NCBI GenBank assembly: GCA_964057225.1
Contig: OZ059900.1
Coordinates: 23,808,001 to 23,872,000 of the forward strand
DNA from: Auanema rhodensis
Taxonomy: Eukaryota > Animalia > Nematoda
Direction of reading: 5' to 3'
Length of the DNA: 64,000 nucleotides
Shown here: positions 43,521 to 56,647 of the stretch, piece by piece
Layout: every line of letters starts with the position of its first letter
Position numbering within the stretch: the first letter of the stretch is position 1
Made by a program: the position numbers and the translations under genes
The notes under the pieces: model-generated
What the model saw: only the letters and a program-made list of their open reading frames with translations
The model's database searches: none
Told to the model about the DNA's origin: nothing

Positions 43521-44230
43521 CATATTCTGAGGGCACGCCCCTTATGGCTAATATTGATTAAATCGATTTTTGTTCATATGAGTCGTCAAATGCAACGAAT
43601 TTCAGCGTGTTACATACTAAAATGAAGCATTTTACATGCTGAACACTAGAAAAATACAAAAACACAGTATTTCCCATGAGAAATATTTTATTATGCTGGA
43701 AAACCAGTTTTTGGAAATTTCGCTGTAAACAAGGTTTTGACTTACGATTTCATGTGTTCAAACTCATGCAATGTCAATGAAACTTAGCTCAAAATTGTTC
43801 GTACAACGTCTAGTTCCACTTTCACGACAAAAAAACAGGGGTTAGAAAATTAAGGAAATTAGCATATTCTGAGGGCACGCCCCTTATGGCTAATATTGAT
43901 TAAATCGATTTTTGTTCATATGAGTCGTCAAATGCAACGAATTTCAGCGTGTTACATACTAAAATGAAGCATTTTACATGCTGAACACTAGAAAAATACA
44001 AAAACACAGTATTTCCCATGAGAAATATTTTATTATGCTGGAAAACCAGTTTTTGGAAATTTCGCTGTAAACAAGGTTTTGACTTACGATTTCATGTGTT
44101 CAAGCTCATGCAATGTCAATGAAACCTAGCTCAAAATTGTTCGTACAACGTCTAGTTCCACTTTCACGACAAAAAAACAGGGGTTAGAAAATTAAGGAAA
44201 TTAGCATATTCTGAGGGCACGCCCCTTATG

Positions 44231-44379
44231 TCTAATATTGATTAAATCGATTTTTGTTCATATGAGTCGTCAAATGCAACGAATTTCAGCGTGTTACATA
44301 CTAAAATGAATCATTTTACATGCTGAACACTAGAAAAATACAAAAACACAGTATTTCCCATGAGAAATATTTTATTATG
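44231..44379 (-). repeat. 149-bp truncated monomer (193 bp missing)
   Basis: Junction ATTTTATTATG|GCTAATATTG at 44379/44380 replaces ATTTTATTATG|CTGGAAAACC. Confidence 0.95.
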
Positions 44380-47300
44380 GCTAATATTGATTAAATCGAT
44401 TTTTGTTCATATGAGTTGTCAAATGCAACGAATTTCAGCGTGTTACATACTAAAATGAAGCATTTTACATGCTGAACACTAGAAAAATACAAAAACACAG
44501 TATTTCCCATGAGAAATATTTTATTATGCTGGAAAACCAGTTTTTGGAAATTTCGCTGTAAACAAGGTTTTGACTTACGATTTCATGTGTTCAAACTCAT
44601 GCAATGTCAATGAAACCTAGCTCAAAATTGTTCGTACAACGTCTAGTTCCACTTTCACGACAAAAAAACAGGGGTTAGAAAATTAAGGAAATTAGCATAT
44701 TCTGAGGGCACGCCCCTTATGGCTAATATTGATTAAATCGATTTTTGTTCATATAAGTCGTCAAATGCAACGAATTTCAGCGTGTTACATACTAAAATGA
44801 AGCATTTTACATGCTGAACACTAGAAAAATACAAAAACACAGTATTTCCCATGAGAAATATTTTATTATGCTGGAAAACCAGTTTTTGGAAATTTCGCTG
44901 TAAACAAGGTTTTGACTTACGATTTCATGTGTTCAAACTCATGCAATGTCAATGAAACCTAGCTCAAAATTGTTCGTACAACGTCTAGTTCCACTTTCAC
45001 GACAAAAAAACAGGGGTTAGAAAATTAAGGAAATTAGCATATTCTGAGGGCACGCCCCTTATGGCTAATATTGATTAAATCGATTTTTGTTCATATGAGT
45101 CGTCAAATGCAACGAATTTCAGCGTGTTACATACTAAAATGAATCATTTTACATGCTGAACACTAGAAAAATACAAAAACACAGTATTTCCCATGAGAAA
45201 TATTTTATTATGCTGGAAAACCAGTTTTTGGAAATTTCGCTGTAAACAAGGTTTTGACTTACGATTTCATGTGTTCAAACTCATGCAATGTCAATGAAAC
45301 CTAGCTCAAAATTGTTTGTACAACGTTTAGTTCCACTTTCACGACAAAAAAACAGAGGTTAGAAATTTAAGGAAATTAGCATATTCTGAGGGCACGCCCC
45401 TTATGGCTAATATTGATTAAATCGATTTTTGTTCATATGAGTCGTCAAATGCAACGAATTTCAGCGTGTTACATACTAAAATGAAGCATTTTACATGCTG
45501 AACACTAGTAAAATACAAAAACACAGTATTTCCCATGAGAAATATTTTATTATGCTGGAAAACCAGTTTTTGGAAATTTCGCTGTAAACAAGGTTTTGAC
45601 TTACGATTTCATGTGTTCAAACTCATGCAATGTCAATGAAACCTAGCTCAAAATTGTTCCTACAACGTCTAGTTCCACTTTCACGACAAAAAACAGGGGT
45701 TAGAAAATTAAGGAAATTAGCATATTCTGAGGGCACGCCCCTTATGGCTAATATTGATTAAATCGATTTTTGTTCATATGAGTCGTCAAATGCAACGAAT
45801 TTCAGCGTGTTACATACTAGAATGAAGCATTTTACATGCTGAACACTAGAAAAATACAAAAACACAGTATTTCTCATGAGAAATATTTTATTATGCTGGA
45901 AAACCAGTTTTTGGAAATTTCGCTGTAAACAAGGTTTTGGCTTACGATTTCATGTGTTCAAACTCATGCAATGTCAATGAAACCTAGCTCAAAATTGTTT
46001 GTACAACGTTTAGTTCCACTTTCACGACAAAAAAACAGAGGTTAGAAATTTAAGGAAATTAGCATATTCTGAGGGCACGCCCCTTATGGCTAATATTGAT
46101 TAAATCGATTTTTGTTCATATGAGTCGTCAAATGCAACGAATTTCAGCGTGTTACATACTAAAATGAAGCATTTTACATGCTGAACACTAGTAAAATACA
46201 AAAACACAGTATTTCCCATGAGAAATATTTTATTATGCTGGAAAACCAGTTTTTGGAAATTTCGCTGTAAACAAGGTTTTGACTTACGATTTCATGTGTT
46301 CAAACTCATGCAATGTCAATGAAACCTAGCTCAAAATTGTTTGTACAACGTCTAGTTCCACTTTCACGACAAAAAAACAAGGGTTAGAAAATTAAGGAAA
46401 TTAGCATATTCTGAGGGCACGCCCCTTATGGCTAATATTGATTAAATCGATTTTTGTTCATATGAGTCGTCAAATGCAAGGAATTTCAGCGTGTTACATA
46501 CTAAAATGAAGCATTTTACATGCTGAACACTAGAAAAATACAAAAACACAGTATTTCCCATGAGAAATATTTTATTATGCTGGAAAACCAGTTTTTGGAA
46601 ATTTCGCTGTAAACAAGGTTTTGACTTACGATTTCATGTGTTCAAGCTCATGCAATGTCAATGAAACCTAGCTCAAAATTGTTCGTACAACGTCTAGTTC
46701 CACTTTCACGACAAAAAAACAGGGGTTAGAAAATTAAGGAAATTAGCATATTCTGAGGGCACGCCCCTTATGGCTAATATTGATTAAATCGATTTTTGTT
46801 CATATGAGTCGTCAAATGCAACGAATTTCAGCGTGTTACATACTAAAATGAAGCATTTTACATGCTGAACACTAGAAAAATACAAAAACACAGTATTTCC
46901 CATGAGAAATATTTTATTATGCTGGAAAACCAGTTTTTGGAAATTTCGCTGTAAACAAGGTTTTGACTTACGATTTCATGTGTTCAAACTCATGCAATGT
47001 CAATGAAACCTAGCTCAAAATTGTTCGTACAACGTCTAGTTCCACTTTCACGACAAAAAAACAGGGGTTAGAAAATTAAGGAAATTAGCATATTCTGAGG
47101 GCACGCCCCTTATGGCTAATATTGATTAAATCGATTTTTGTTCATATAAGTCGTCAAATGCAACGAATTTCAGCGTGTTACATACTAAAATGAAGCATTT
47201 TACATGCTGAACACTAGAAAAATACAAAAACACAGTATTTCCCATGAGAAATATTTTATTATGCTGGAAAACCAGTTTTTGGAAATTTCGCTGTAAACAA

Positions 47301-49399
47301 GGTTTTGACTTACGATTTCATGTGTTCAAACTCATGCAATGTCAATGAAACCTAGCTCAAAATTGTTCGTACAACGTCTAGTTCCACTTTCACGACAAAA
47401 AAACAGGGGTTAGAAAATTAAGGAAATTAGCATATTCTGAGGGCACGCCCCTTATGGCTAATATTGATTAAATCGATTTTTGTTCATATGAGTCGTCAAA
47501 TGCAACGAATTTCAGCGTGTTACATACTAAAATGAATCATTTTACATGCTGAACACTAGAAAAATACAAAAACACAGTATTTCCCATGAGAAATATTTTA
47601 TTATGCTGGAAAACCAGTTTTTGGAAATTTCGCTGTAAACAAGGTTTTGACTTACGATTTCATGTGTTCAAACTCATGCAATGTCAATGAAACCTAGCTC
47701 AAAATTGTTTGTACAACGTTTAGTTCCACTTTCACGACAAAAAAACAGAGGTTAGAAATTTAAGGAAATTAGCATATTCTGAGGGCACGCCCCTTATGGC
47801 TAATATTGATTAAATCGATTTTTGTTCATATGAGTCGTCAAATGCAACGAATTTCAGCGTGTTACATACTAAAATGAAGCATTTTACATGCTGAACACTA
47901 GTAAAATACAAAAACACAGTATTTCCCATGAGAAATATTTTATTATGCTGGAAAACCAGTTTTTGGAAATTTCGCTGTAAACAAGGTTTTGACTTACGAT
48001 TTCATGTGTTCAAACTCATGCAATGTCAATGAAACCTAGCTCAAAATTGTTCGTACAACGTCTAGTTCCACTTTCACGACAAAAAAACAGGGGTTAGAAA
48101 ATTAAGGAAATTAGCATATTCTGAGGGCACGCCCCTTATGGCTAATATTGATTAAATCGATTTTTGTTCATATGATTCGTCAAATGCAACGAATTTCAGC
48201 GTGTTACATACTAAAATGAAGCATTTTACATGCTGAACACTAGAAAAATACGAAAACACAGTATTTCCCATGAGAAATATTTTATTATGCTGGAAAACCA
48301 GTTTTTGGAAATTTCGCTGTAAACAAGGTTTTGACTTACGATTTCATGTGTTCAAACTCATGCAATGTCAATGAAACCTAGCTCAAAATTGTTCGTACAA
48401 CGTGTAGTTCCACTTTCACGACAAAAAAACAGGGGTTAGAAAATTAAGGAAATTAGCATATTCTGAGGGCACGCCCCTTATGGCTAATATTGATTAAATC
48501 GATTTTTGTTCATATGAGTCGTCGAATGCAACGAATTTCAGCGTGTTACATACTAAAATGAAGCATTTTACATGCTGAACACTAGAAAAATACAAAAACA
48601 CAGTATTTCCCATGAGAAATATTTTATTATGCTGGAAAACCAGTTTTTGGAAATTTCGCTGTAAACAAGGTTTTGACTTACGATTTCATGTGTTCAAACT
48701 CATGCAATGTCAATGAAACCTAGCTCAAAATTGTTCGTACAACGTCTAGTTCCACTTTCACGACAAAAAAACAGGGGTTAGAAAATTAAGGAAATTAGCA
48801 TATTCTGAGGGCACGCCCCTTATGGCTAATATTGATTAAATCGATTTTTGTTCATATGAGTCGTCAAATGCAACGAATTTCAGCGTGTTACATACTAAAA
48901 TAAAGCATTTTACATGCTGAACACTAGTAAAATACAAAAACACAGTATTTCCCATGAGAAATATTTTATTATGCTGGAAAACCAGTTTTTGGAAATTTCG
49001 CTGTAAACAAGGTTTTGACTTACGATTTCATGTGTTCAAACTCATGCAATGTCAATGAAACCTAGCTCAAAATTGTTCGTACAACGTCTAGTTCCACTTT
49101 CACGACAAAAAAACAGGGGTTAGAAAATTAAGGAAATTAGCATATTCTGAGGGCACGCCCCTTATGGCTAATATTGATTAAATCGATTTTTGTTCATATG
49201 ATTCGTCAAATGCAACGAATTTCAGCGTGTTACATACTAAAATGAAGCATTTTACATGCTGAACACTAGAAAAAAACAAAAACACAGTATTTCCCATGAG
49301 AAATATTTTATTATGCTGGAAAACCAGTTTTTGGAAATTTCGCTGTAAACAAGGTTTTGACTTACGATTTCATGTGTTCAAACTCATGCAATGTCAATG

Positions 49400-52300
49400 A
49401 AACCTAGCTCAAAATTGTTCGTACAACGTTTAGTTCCACTTTCACGACAAAAAAACAGAGGTTAGAAAATTAAGGAAATTAGCATATTCTGAGGGCACGC
49501 CCCTTATGGCTAATATTGATTAAATCGATTTTTGTTCATATGAGTCGTCAAATGCAACGAATTTCAGCGTGTTACATACTAAAATGAAGCATTTTACATG
49601 CTGAACACTAGAAAAATACAAAAACACAGTATTTCCCATGAGAAATATTTTATTATGCTGGAAAACCAGTTTTTGGAAATTTCGCTGTAAACAAGGTTTT
49701 GACTTACGATTTCATGTGTTCAAACTCATGCAATGTCAATGAAACTTAGTTCAAAATTGTTCGTACAACGTCTAGTTCCACTTTCACGACAAAAAAACAG
49801 GGGTTAGAAAATTAAGGAAATTAGCATATTCTGAGGGCACGCCCCTTATGGCTAATATTGATTAAATCGATTTTTGTTCATATGAGTCGTCAAATGCAAC
49901 GAATTTCAGCGTGTTACATACTAATATGAAGCATTTTACATGCTGAACACTAGAAAAATACAAAAACACAGTATTTCCCATGAGAAATATTTTATTATGC
50001 TGGAAAACCAGTTTTTGGAAATTTCGCTGTAAACAAGGTTTTGACTTACGATTTCATGTGTTCAAACTCATGCAATGTCAATGAAACCTAGCTCAAAATT
50101 GTTCGTACAACGTTTAGTTCCACTTTCACGACAAAAAAACAGAGGTTAGAAAATTAAGGAAATTAGCATATTCTGAGGGCACGCCCCTTATGGCTAATAT
50201 TGATTAAATCGATTTTTGTTCATATGAGTCGTCAAATGCAACGAATTTCAGCGTGTTACATACTAAAATGAAGCATTTTACATGCTGAACACTAGAAAAA
50301 TACAAAAACACAGTATTTCCCATGAGAAATATTTTATTATGCTGGAAAACCAGTTTTTGGAAATTTCGCTGTAAACAAGGTTTTGACTTACGATTTCATG
50401 TGTTCAAACTCATGCAATGTCAATGAAACTTAGCTCAAAATTGTTCGTACAACGTCTAGTTCCACTTTCACGACAAAAAAACAGGGGTTAGAAAATTAAG
50501 GAAATTAGCATATTCTGAGGGCACGCCCCTTATGGCTAATATTGATTAAATCGATTTTTGTTCATATGAGTCGTCAAATGCAACGAATTTCAGCGTGTTA
50601 CATACTAATATGAAGCATTTTACATGCTGAACACTAGAAAAATACAAAAACACAGTATTTCCCATGAGAAATATTTTATTATGCTGGAAAACCAGTTTTT
50701 GGAAATTTCGCTGTAAACAAGGTTTTGACTTACGATTTCATGTGTTCAAACTCATGCAATGTCAATGAAACCTAGCTCAAAATTGTTCGTACAACGTTTA
50801 GTTCCACTTTCACGACAAAAAAACAGAGGTTAGAAAATTAAGGAAATTAGCATATTCTGAGGGCACGCCCCTTATGGCTAATATTGATTAAATCGATTTT
50901 TGTTCATATGAGTCGTCAAATGCAACGAATTTCAGCGTGTTACATACTAAAATGAAGCATTTTACATGCTGAACACTAGAAAAAAACAAAAACACAGTAT
51001 TTCCCATGAGAAATATTTTATTATGCTGGAAAACCAGTTTTTGGAAATTTCGCTGTAAACAAGGTTTTGACTTACGATTTCATGTGTTCAAACTCATGCA
51101 ATGTCAATGAAACCTAGCTCAAAATTGTTCGTACAACGTCTAGTTCCACTTTCACGACAAAAAAACAGGGGTTAGAAAATTAAGGAAATTAGCATATTCT
51201 GAGGGCACGCCCCTTATGGCTAATATTGATTAAATCGATTTTTGTTCATATGAGTCGTCAAATGCAACGAATTTCAGCGTGTTACATACTAATATGAAGC
51301 ATTTTACATGCTGAACACTAGAAAAATACAAAAACACAGTATTTCCCATGAGAAATATTTTATTATGCTGGAAAACCAGTTTTTGGAAATTTCGCTGTAA
51401 ACAAGGTTTTGACTTACGATTTCATGTGTTCAAACTCATGCAATGTCAATGAAACCTAGCTCAAAATTGTTCGTACAACGTCTAGTTCCACTTTCACGAC
51501 AAAAAAACAGGGGTTAGAAAATTAAGGAAATTAGCATATTCTGAGGGCACGCCCCTTATGGCTAATATTGATTAAATCGATTTTTGTTCATATGATTCGT
51601 CAAATGCAACGAATTTCAGCGTGTTACATACTAAAATGAAGCATTTTACATGCTGAACACTAGAAAAAAACAAAAACACAGTATTTCCCATGAGAAATAT
51701 TTTATTATGCTGGAAAACCAGTTTTTGGAAATTTCGCTGTAAACAAGGTTTTGACTTACGATTTCATGTGTTCAAACTCATGCAATGTCAATGAAACTTA
51801 GTTCAAAATTGTTCGTACAACGTCTAGTTCCACTTTCACGACAAAAAAACAGGGGTTAGAAAATTAAGGAAATTAGCATATTCTGAGGGCACGCCCCTTA
51901 TGGCTAATATTGATTAAATCGATTTTTGTTCATATGAGTCGTCAAATGCAACGAATTTCAGCGTGTTACATACTAATATGAAGCATTTTACATGCTGAAC
52001 ACTAGAAAAATACAAAAACACAGTATTTCCCATGAGAAATATTTTATTATGCTGGAAAACCAGTTTTTGGAAATTTCGCTGTAAACAAGGTTTTGACTTA
52101 CGATTTCATGTGTTCAAACTCATGCAATGTCAATGAAACCTAGCTCAAAATTGTTCGTACAACGTTTAGTTCCACTTTCACGACAAAAAAACAGAGGTTA
52201 GAAAATTAAGGAAATTAGCATATTCTGAGGGCACGCCCCTTATGGCTAATATTGATTAAATCGATTTTTGTTCATATGAGTCGTCAAATGCAACGAATTT

Positions 52301-54600
52301 CAGCGTGTTACATACTAAAATGAAGCATTTTACATGCTGAACACTAGAAAAATACAAAAACACAGTATTTCCCATGAGAAATATTTTATTATGCTGGAAA
52401 ACCAGTTTTTGGAAATTTCGCTGTAAACAAGGTTTTGACTTACGATTTCATGTGTTCAAACTCATGCAATGTCAATGAAACTTAGCTCAAAATTGTTCGT
52501 ACAACGTCTAGTTCCACTTTCACGACAAAAAAACAGGGGTTAGAAAATTAAGGAAATTAGCATATTCTGAGGGCACGCCCCTTATGGCTAATATTGATTA
52601 AATCGATTTTTGTTCATATGAGTCGTCAAATGCAACGAATTTCAGCGTGTTACATACTAATATGAAGCATTTTACATGCTGAACACTAGAAAAATACAAA
52701 AACACAGTATTTCCCATGAGAAATATTTTATTATGCTGGAAAACCAGTTTTTGGAAATTTCGCTGTAAACAAGGTTTTGACTTACGATTTCATGTGTTCA
52801 AACTCATGCAATGTCAATGAAACCTAGCTCAAAATTGTTCGTACAACGTCTAGTTCCACTTTCACGACAAAAAAACAGGGGTTAGAAAATTAAGGAAATT
52901 AGCATATTCTGAGGGCACGCCCCTTATGGCTAATATTGATTAAATCGATTTTTGTTCATATGATTCGTCAAATGCAACGAATTTCAGCGTGTTACATACT
53001 AAAATGAAGCATTTTACATGCTGAACACTAGAAAAAAACAAAAACACAGTATTTCCCATGAGAAATATTTTATTATGCTGGAAAACCAGTTTTTGGAAAT
53101 TTCGCTGTAAACAAGGTTTTGACTTACGATTTCATGTGTTCAAACTCATGCAATGTCAATGAAACTTAGTTCAAAATTGTTCGTACAACGTCTAGTTCCA
53201 CTTTCACGACAAAAAAACAGGGGTTAGAAAATTAAGGAAATTAGCATATTCTGAGGGCACGCCCCTTATGGCTAATATTGATTAAATCGATTTTTGTTCA
53301 TATGAGTCGTCAAATGCAACGAATTTCAGCGTGTTACATACTAATATGAAGCATTTTACATGCTGAACACTAGAAAAATACAAAAACACAGTATTTCCCA
53401 TGAGAAATATTTTATTATGCTGGAAAACCAGTTTTTGGAAATTTCGCTGTAAACAAGGTTTTGACTTACGATTTCATGTGTTCAAACTCATGCAATGTCA
53501 ATGAAACCTAGCTCAAAATTGTTCGTACAACGTTTAGTTCCACTTTCACGACAAAAAAACAGAGGTTAGAAAATTAAGGAAATTAGCATATTCTGAGGGC
53601 ACGCCCCTTATGGCTAATATTGATTAAATCGATTTTTGTTCATATGAGTCGTCAAATGCAACGAATTTCAGCGTGTTACATACTAAAATGAAGCATTTTA
53701 CATGCTGAACACTAGAAAAATACAAAAACACAGTATTTCCCATGAGAAATATTTTATTATGCTGGAAAACCAGTTTTTGGAAATTTCGCTGTAAACAAGG
53801 TTTTGACTTACGATTTCATGTGTTCAAACTCATGCAATGTCAATGAAACTTAGTTCAAAATTGTTCGTACAACGTCTAGTTCCACTTTCACGACAAAAAA
53901 ACAGGGGTTAGAAAATTAAGGAAATTAGCATATTCTGAGGGCACGCCCCTTATGGCTAATATTGATTAAATCGATTTTTGTTCATATGAGTCGTCAAATG
54001 CAACGAATTTCAGCGTGTTACATACTAATATGAAGCATTTTACATGCTGAACACTAGAAAAATACAAAAACACAGTATTTCCCATGAGAAATATTTTATT
54101 ATGCTGGAAAACCAGTTTTTGGAAATTTCGCTGTAAACAAGGTTTTGACTTACGATTTCATGTGTTCAAACTCATGCAATGTCAATGAAACCTAGCTCAA
54201 AATTGTTCGTACAACGTTTAGTTCCACTTTCACGACAAAAAAACAGAGGTTAGAAAATTAAGGAAATTAGCATATTCTGAGGGCACGCCCCTTATGGCTA
54301 ATATTGATTAAATCGATTTTTGTTCATATGAGTCGTCAAATGCAACGAATTTCAGCGTGTTACATACTAAAATGAAGCATTTTACATGCTGAACACTAGA
54401 AAAATACAAAAACACAGTATTTCCCATGAGAAATATTTTATTATGCTGGAAAACCAGTTTTTGGAAATTTCGCTGTAAACAAGGTTTTGACTTACGATTT
54501 CATGTGTTCAAACTCATGCAATGTCAATGAAACTTAGCTCAAAATTGTTCGTACAACGTCTAGTTCCACTTTCACGACAAAAAAACAGGGGTTAGAAAAT
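49400..54600 (-). repeat. Irregular 2-/4-monomer higher-order region
   Basis: ACAGAGGTT variant at 49459, 50143, 50827, 52195, 53563, 54247 (spacings 684 or 1368). Confidence 0.75.
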
Positions 54601-55322
54601 TAAGGAAATTAGCATATTCTGAGGGCACGCCCCTTATGGCTAATATTGATTAAATCGATTTTTGTTCATATGAGTCGTCAAATGCAACGAATTTCAGCGT
54701 GTTACATACTAAAATGAAGCATTTTACATGCTGAACACTAGAAAAATACAAAAACACAGTATTTCCCATGAGAAATATTTTATTATGCTGGAAAACCAGT
54801 TTTTGGAAATTTCGCTGTAAACAAGGTTTTGACTTACGATTTCATGTGTTCAAACTCATGCAATGTCAATGAAACCTAGCTCAAAATTGTTCGTACAACG
54901 TCTAGTTCCACTTTCACGACAAAAAAACAGGGGTTAGAAAATTAAGGAAATTAGCATATTCTGAGGGCACGCCCCTTATGGCTAATATTGATTAAATCGA
55001 TTTTTGTTCATATAAGTCGTCAAATGCAACGAATTTCAGCGTGTTACATACTAAAATGAAGCATTTTACATGCTGAACACTAGAAAAATACAAAAACACA
55101 GTATTTCCCATGAGAAATATTTTATTATGCTGGAAAACCAGTTTTTGGAAATTTCGCTGTAAACAAGGTTTTGACTTACGATTTCATGTGTTCAAACTCA
55201 TGCAATGTCAATGAAACCTAGCTCAAAATTGTTCGTACAACGTCTAGTTCCACTTTCACGACAAAAAAACAGGGGTTAGAAAATTAAGGAAATTAGCATA
55301 TTCTGAGGGCACGCCCCTTATG

Positions 55323-55471
55323 TCTAATATTGATTAAATCGATTTTTGTTCATATGAGTCGTCAAATGCAACGAATTTCAGCGTGTTACATACTAAAATG
55401 AATCATTTTACATGCTGAACACTAGAAAAATACAAAAACACAGTATTTCCCATGAGAAATATTTTATTATG
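55323..55471 (-). repeat. 149-bp truncated monomer
   Basis: Same TTATG|GCTAAT junction at 55471/55472 and the same linked SNPs (TGTCTAAT, GAATCATT, following GAGTTGTC) as at 44231. Confidence 0.95.
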
Positions 55472-56155
55472 GCTAATATTGATTAAATCTATTTTTGTTC
55501 ATATGAGTTGTCAAATGCAACGAATTTCAGCGTGTTACATACTAAAATGAAGCATTTTACATGCTGAACACTAGAAAAATACAAAAACACAGTATTTCCC
55601 ATGAGAAATATTTTATTATGCTGGAAAACCAGTTTTTGGAAATTTCGCTGTAAACAAGGTTTTGACTTACGATTTCATGTGTTCAAACTCATGCAATGTC
55701 AATGAAACCTAGCTCAAAATTGTTCGTACAACGTCTAGTTCCACTTTCACGACAAAAAAACAGGGGTTAGAAAATTAAGGAAATTAGCATATTCTGAGGG
55801 CACGCCCCTTATGGCTAATATTGATTAAATCGATTTTTGTTCATATAAGTCGTCAAATGCAACGAATTTCAGCGTGTTACATACTAAAATGAAGCATTTT
55901 ACATGCTGAACACTAGAAAAATACAAAAACACAGTATTTCCCATGAGAAATATTTTATTATGCTGGAAAACCAGTTTTTGGAAATTTCGCTGTAAACAAG
56001 GTTTTGACTTACGATTTCATGTGTTCAAACTCATGCAATGTCAATGAAACCTAGCTCAAAATTGTTCGTACAACGTCTAGTTCCACTTTCACGACAAAAA
56101 AACAGGGGTTAGAAAATTAAGGAAATTAGCATATTCTGAGGGCACGCCCCTTATG

Positions 56156-56304
56156 GCTAATATTGATTAAATCGATTTTTGTTCATATGAGTCGTCAAAT
56201 GCAACGAATTTCAGCGTGTTACATACTAAAATGAATCATTTTACATGCTGAACACTAGAAAAATACAAAAACACAGTATTTCCCATGAGAAATATTTTAT
56301 TATG
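56156..56304 (-). repeat. 149-bp truncated monomer
   Basis: Junction at 56304/56305, 833 bp (149+2x342) after the previous one. Confidence 0.95.
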
Positions 56305-56647
56305 GCTAATATTGATTAAATCGATTTTTGTTCATATGAGTTGTCAAATGCAACGAATTTCAGCGTGTTACATACTAAAATGAAGCATTTTACATGCTGA
56401 ACACTAGAAAAATACAAAAACACAGTATTTCCCATGAGAAATATTTTATTATGCTGGAAAACCAGTTTTTGGAAATTTCGCTGTAAACAAGGTTTTGACT
56501 TACGATTTCATGTGTTCAAACTCATGCAATGTCAATGAAACCTAGCTCAAAATTGTTTGTACAACGTCTAGTTCCACTTTCACGACAAAAAAAACAGGGG
56601 TTAGAAAATTAAGGAAATTAGCATATTCTGAGGGCACGCCCCTTATG

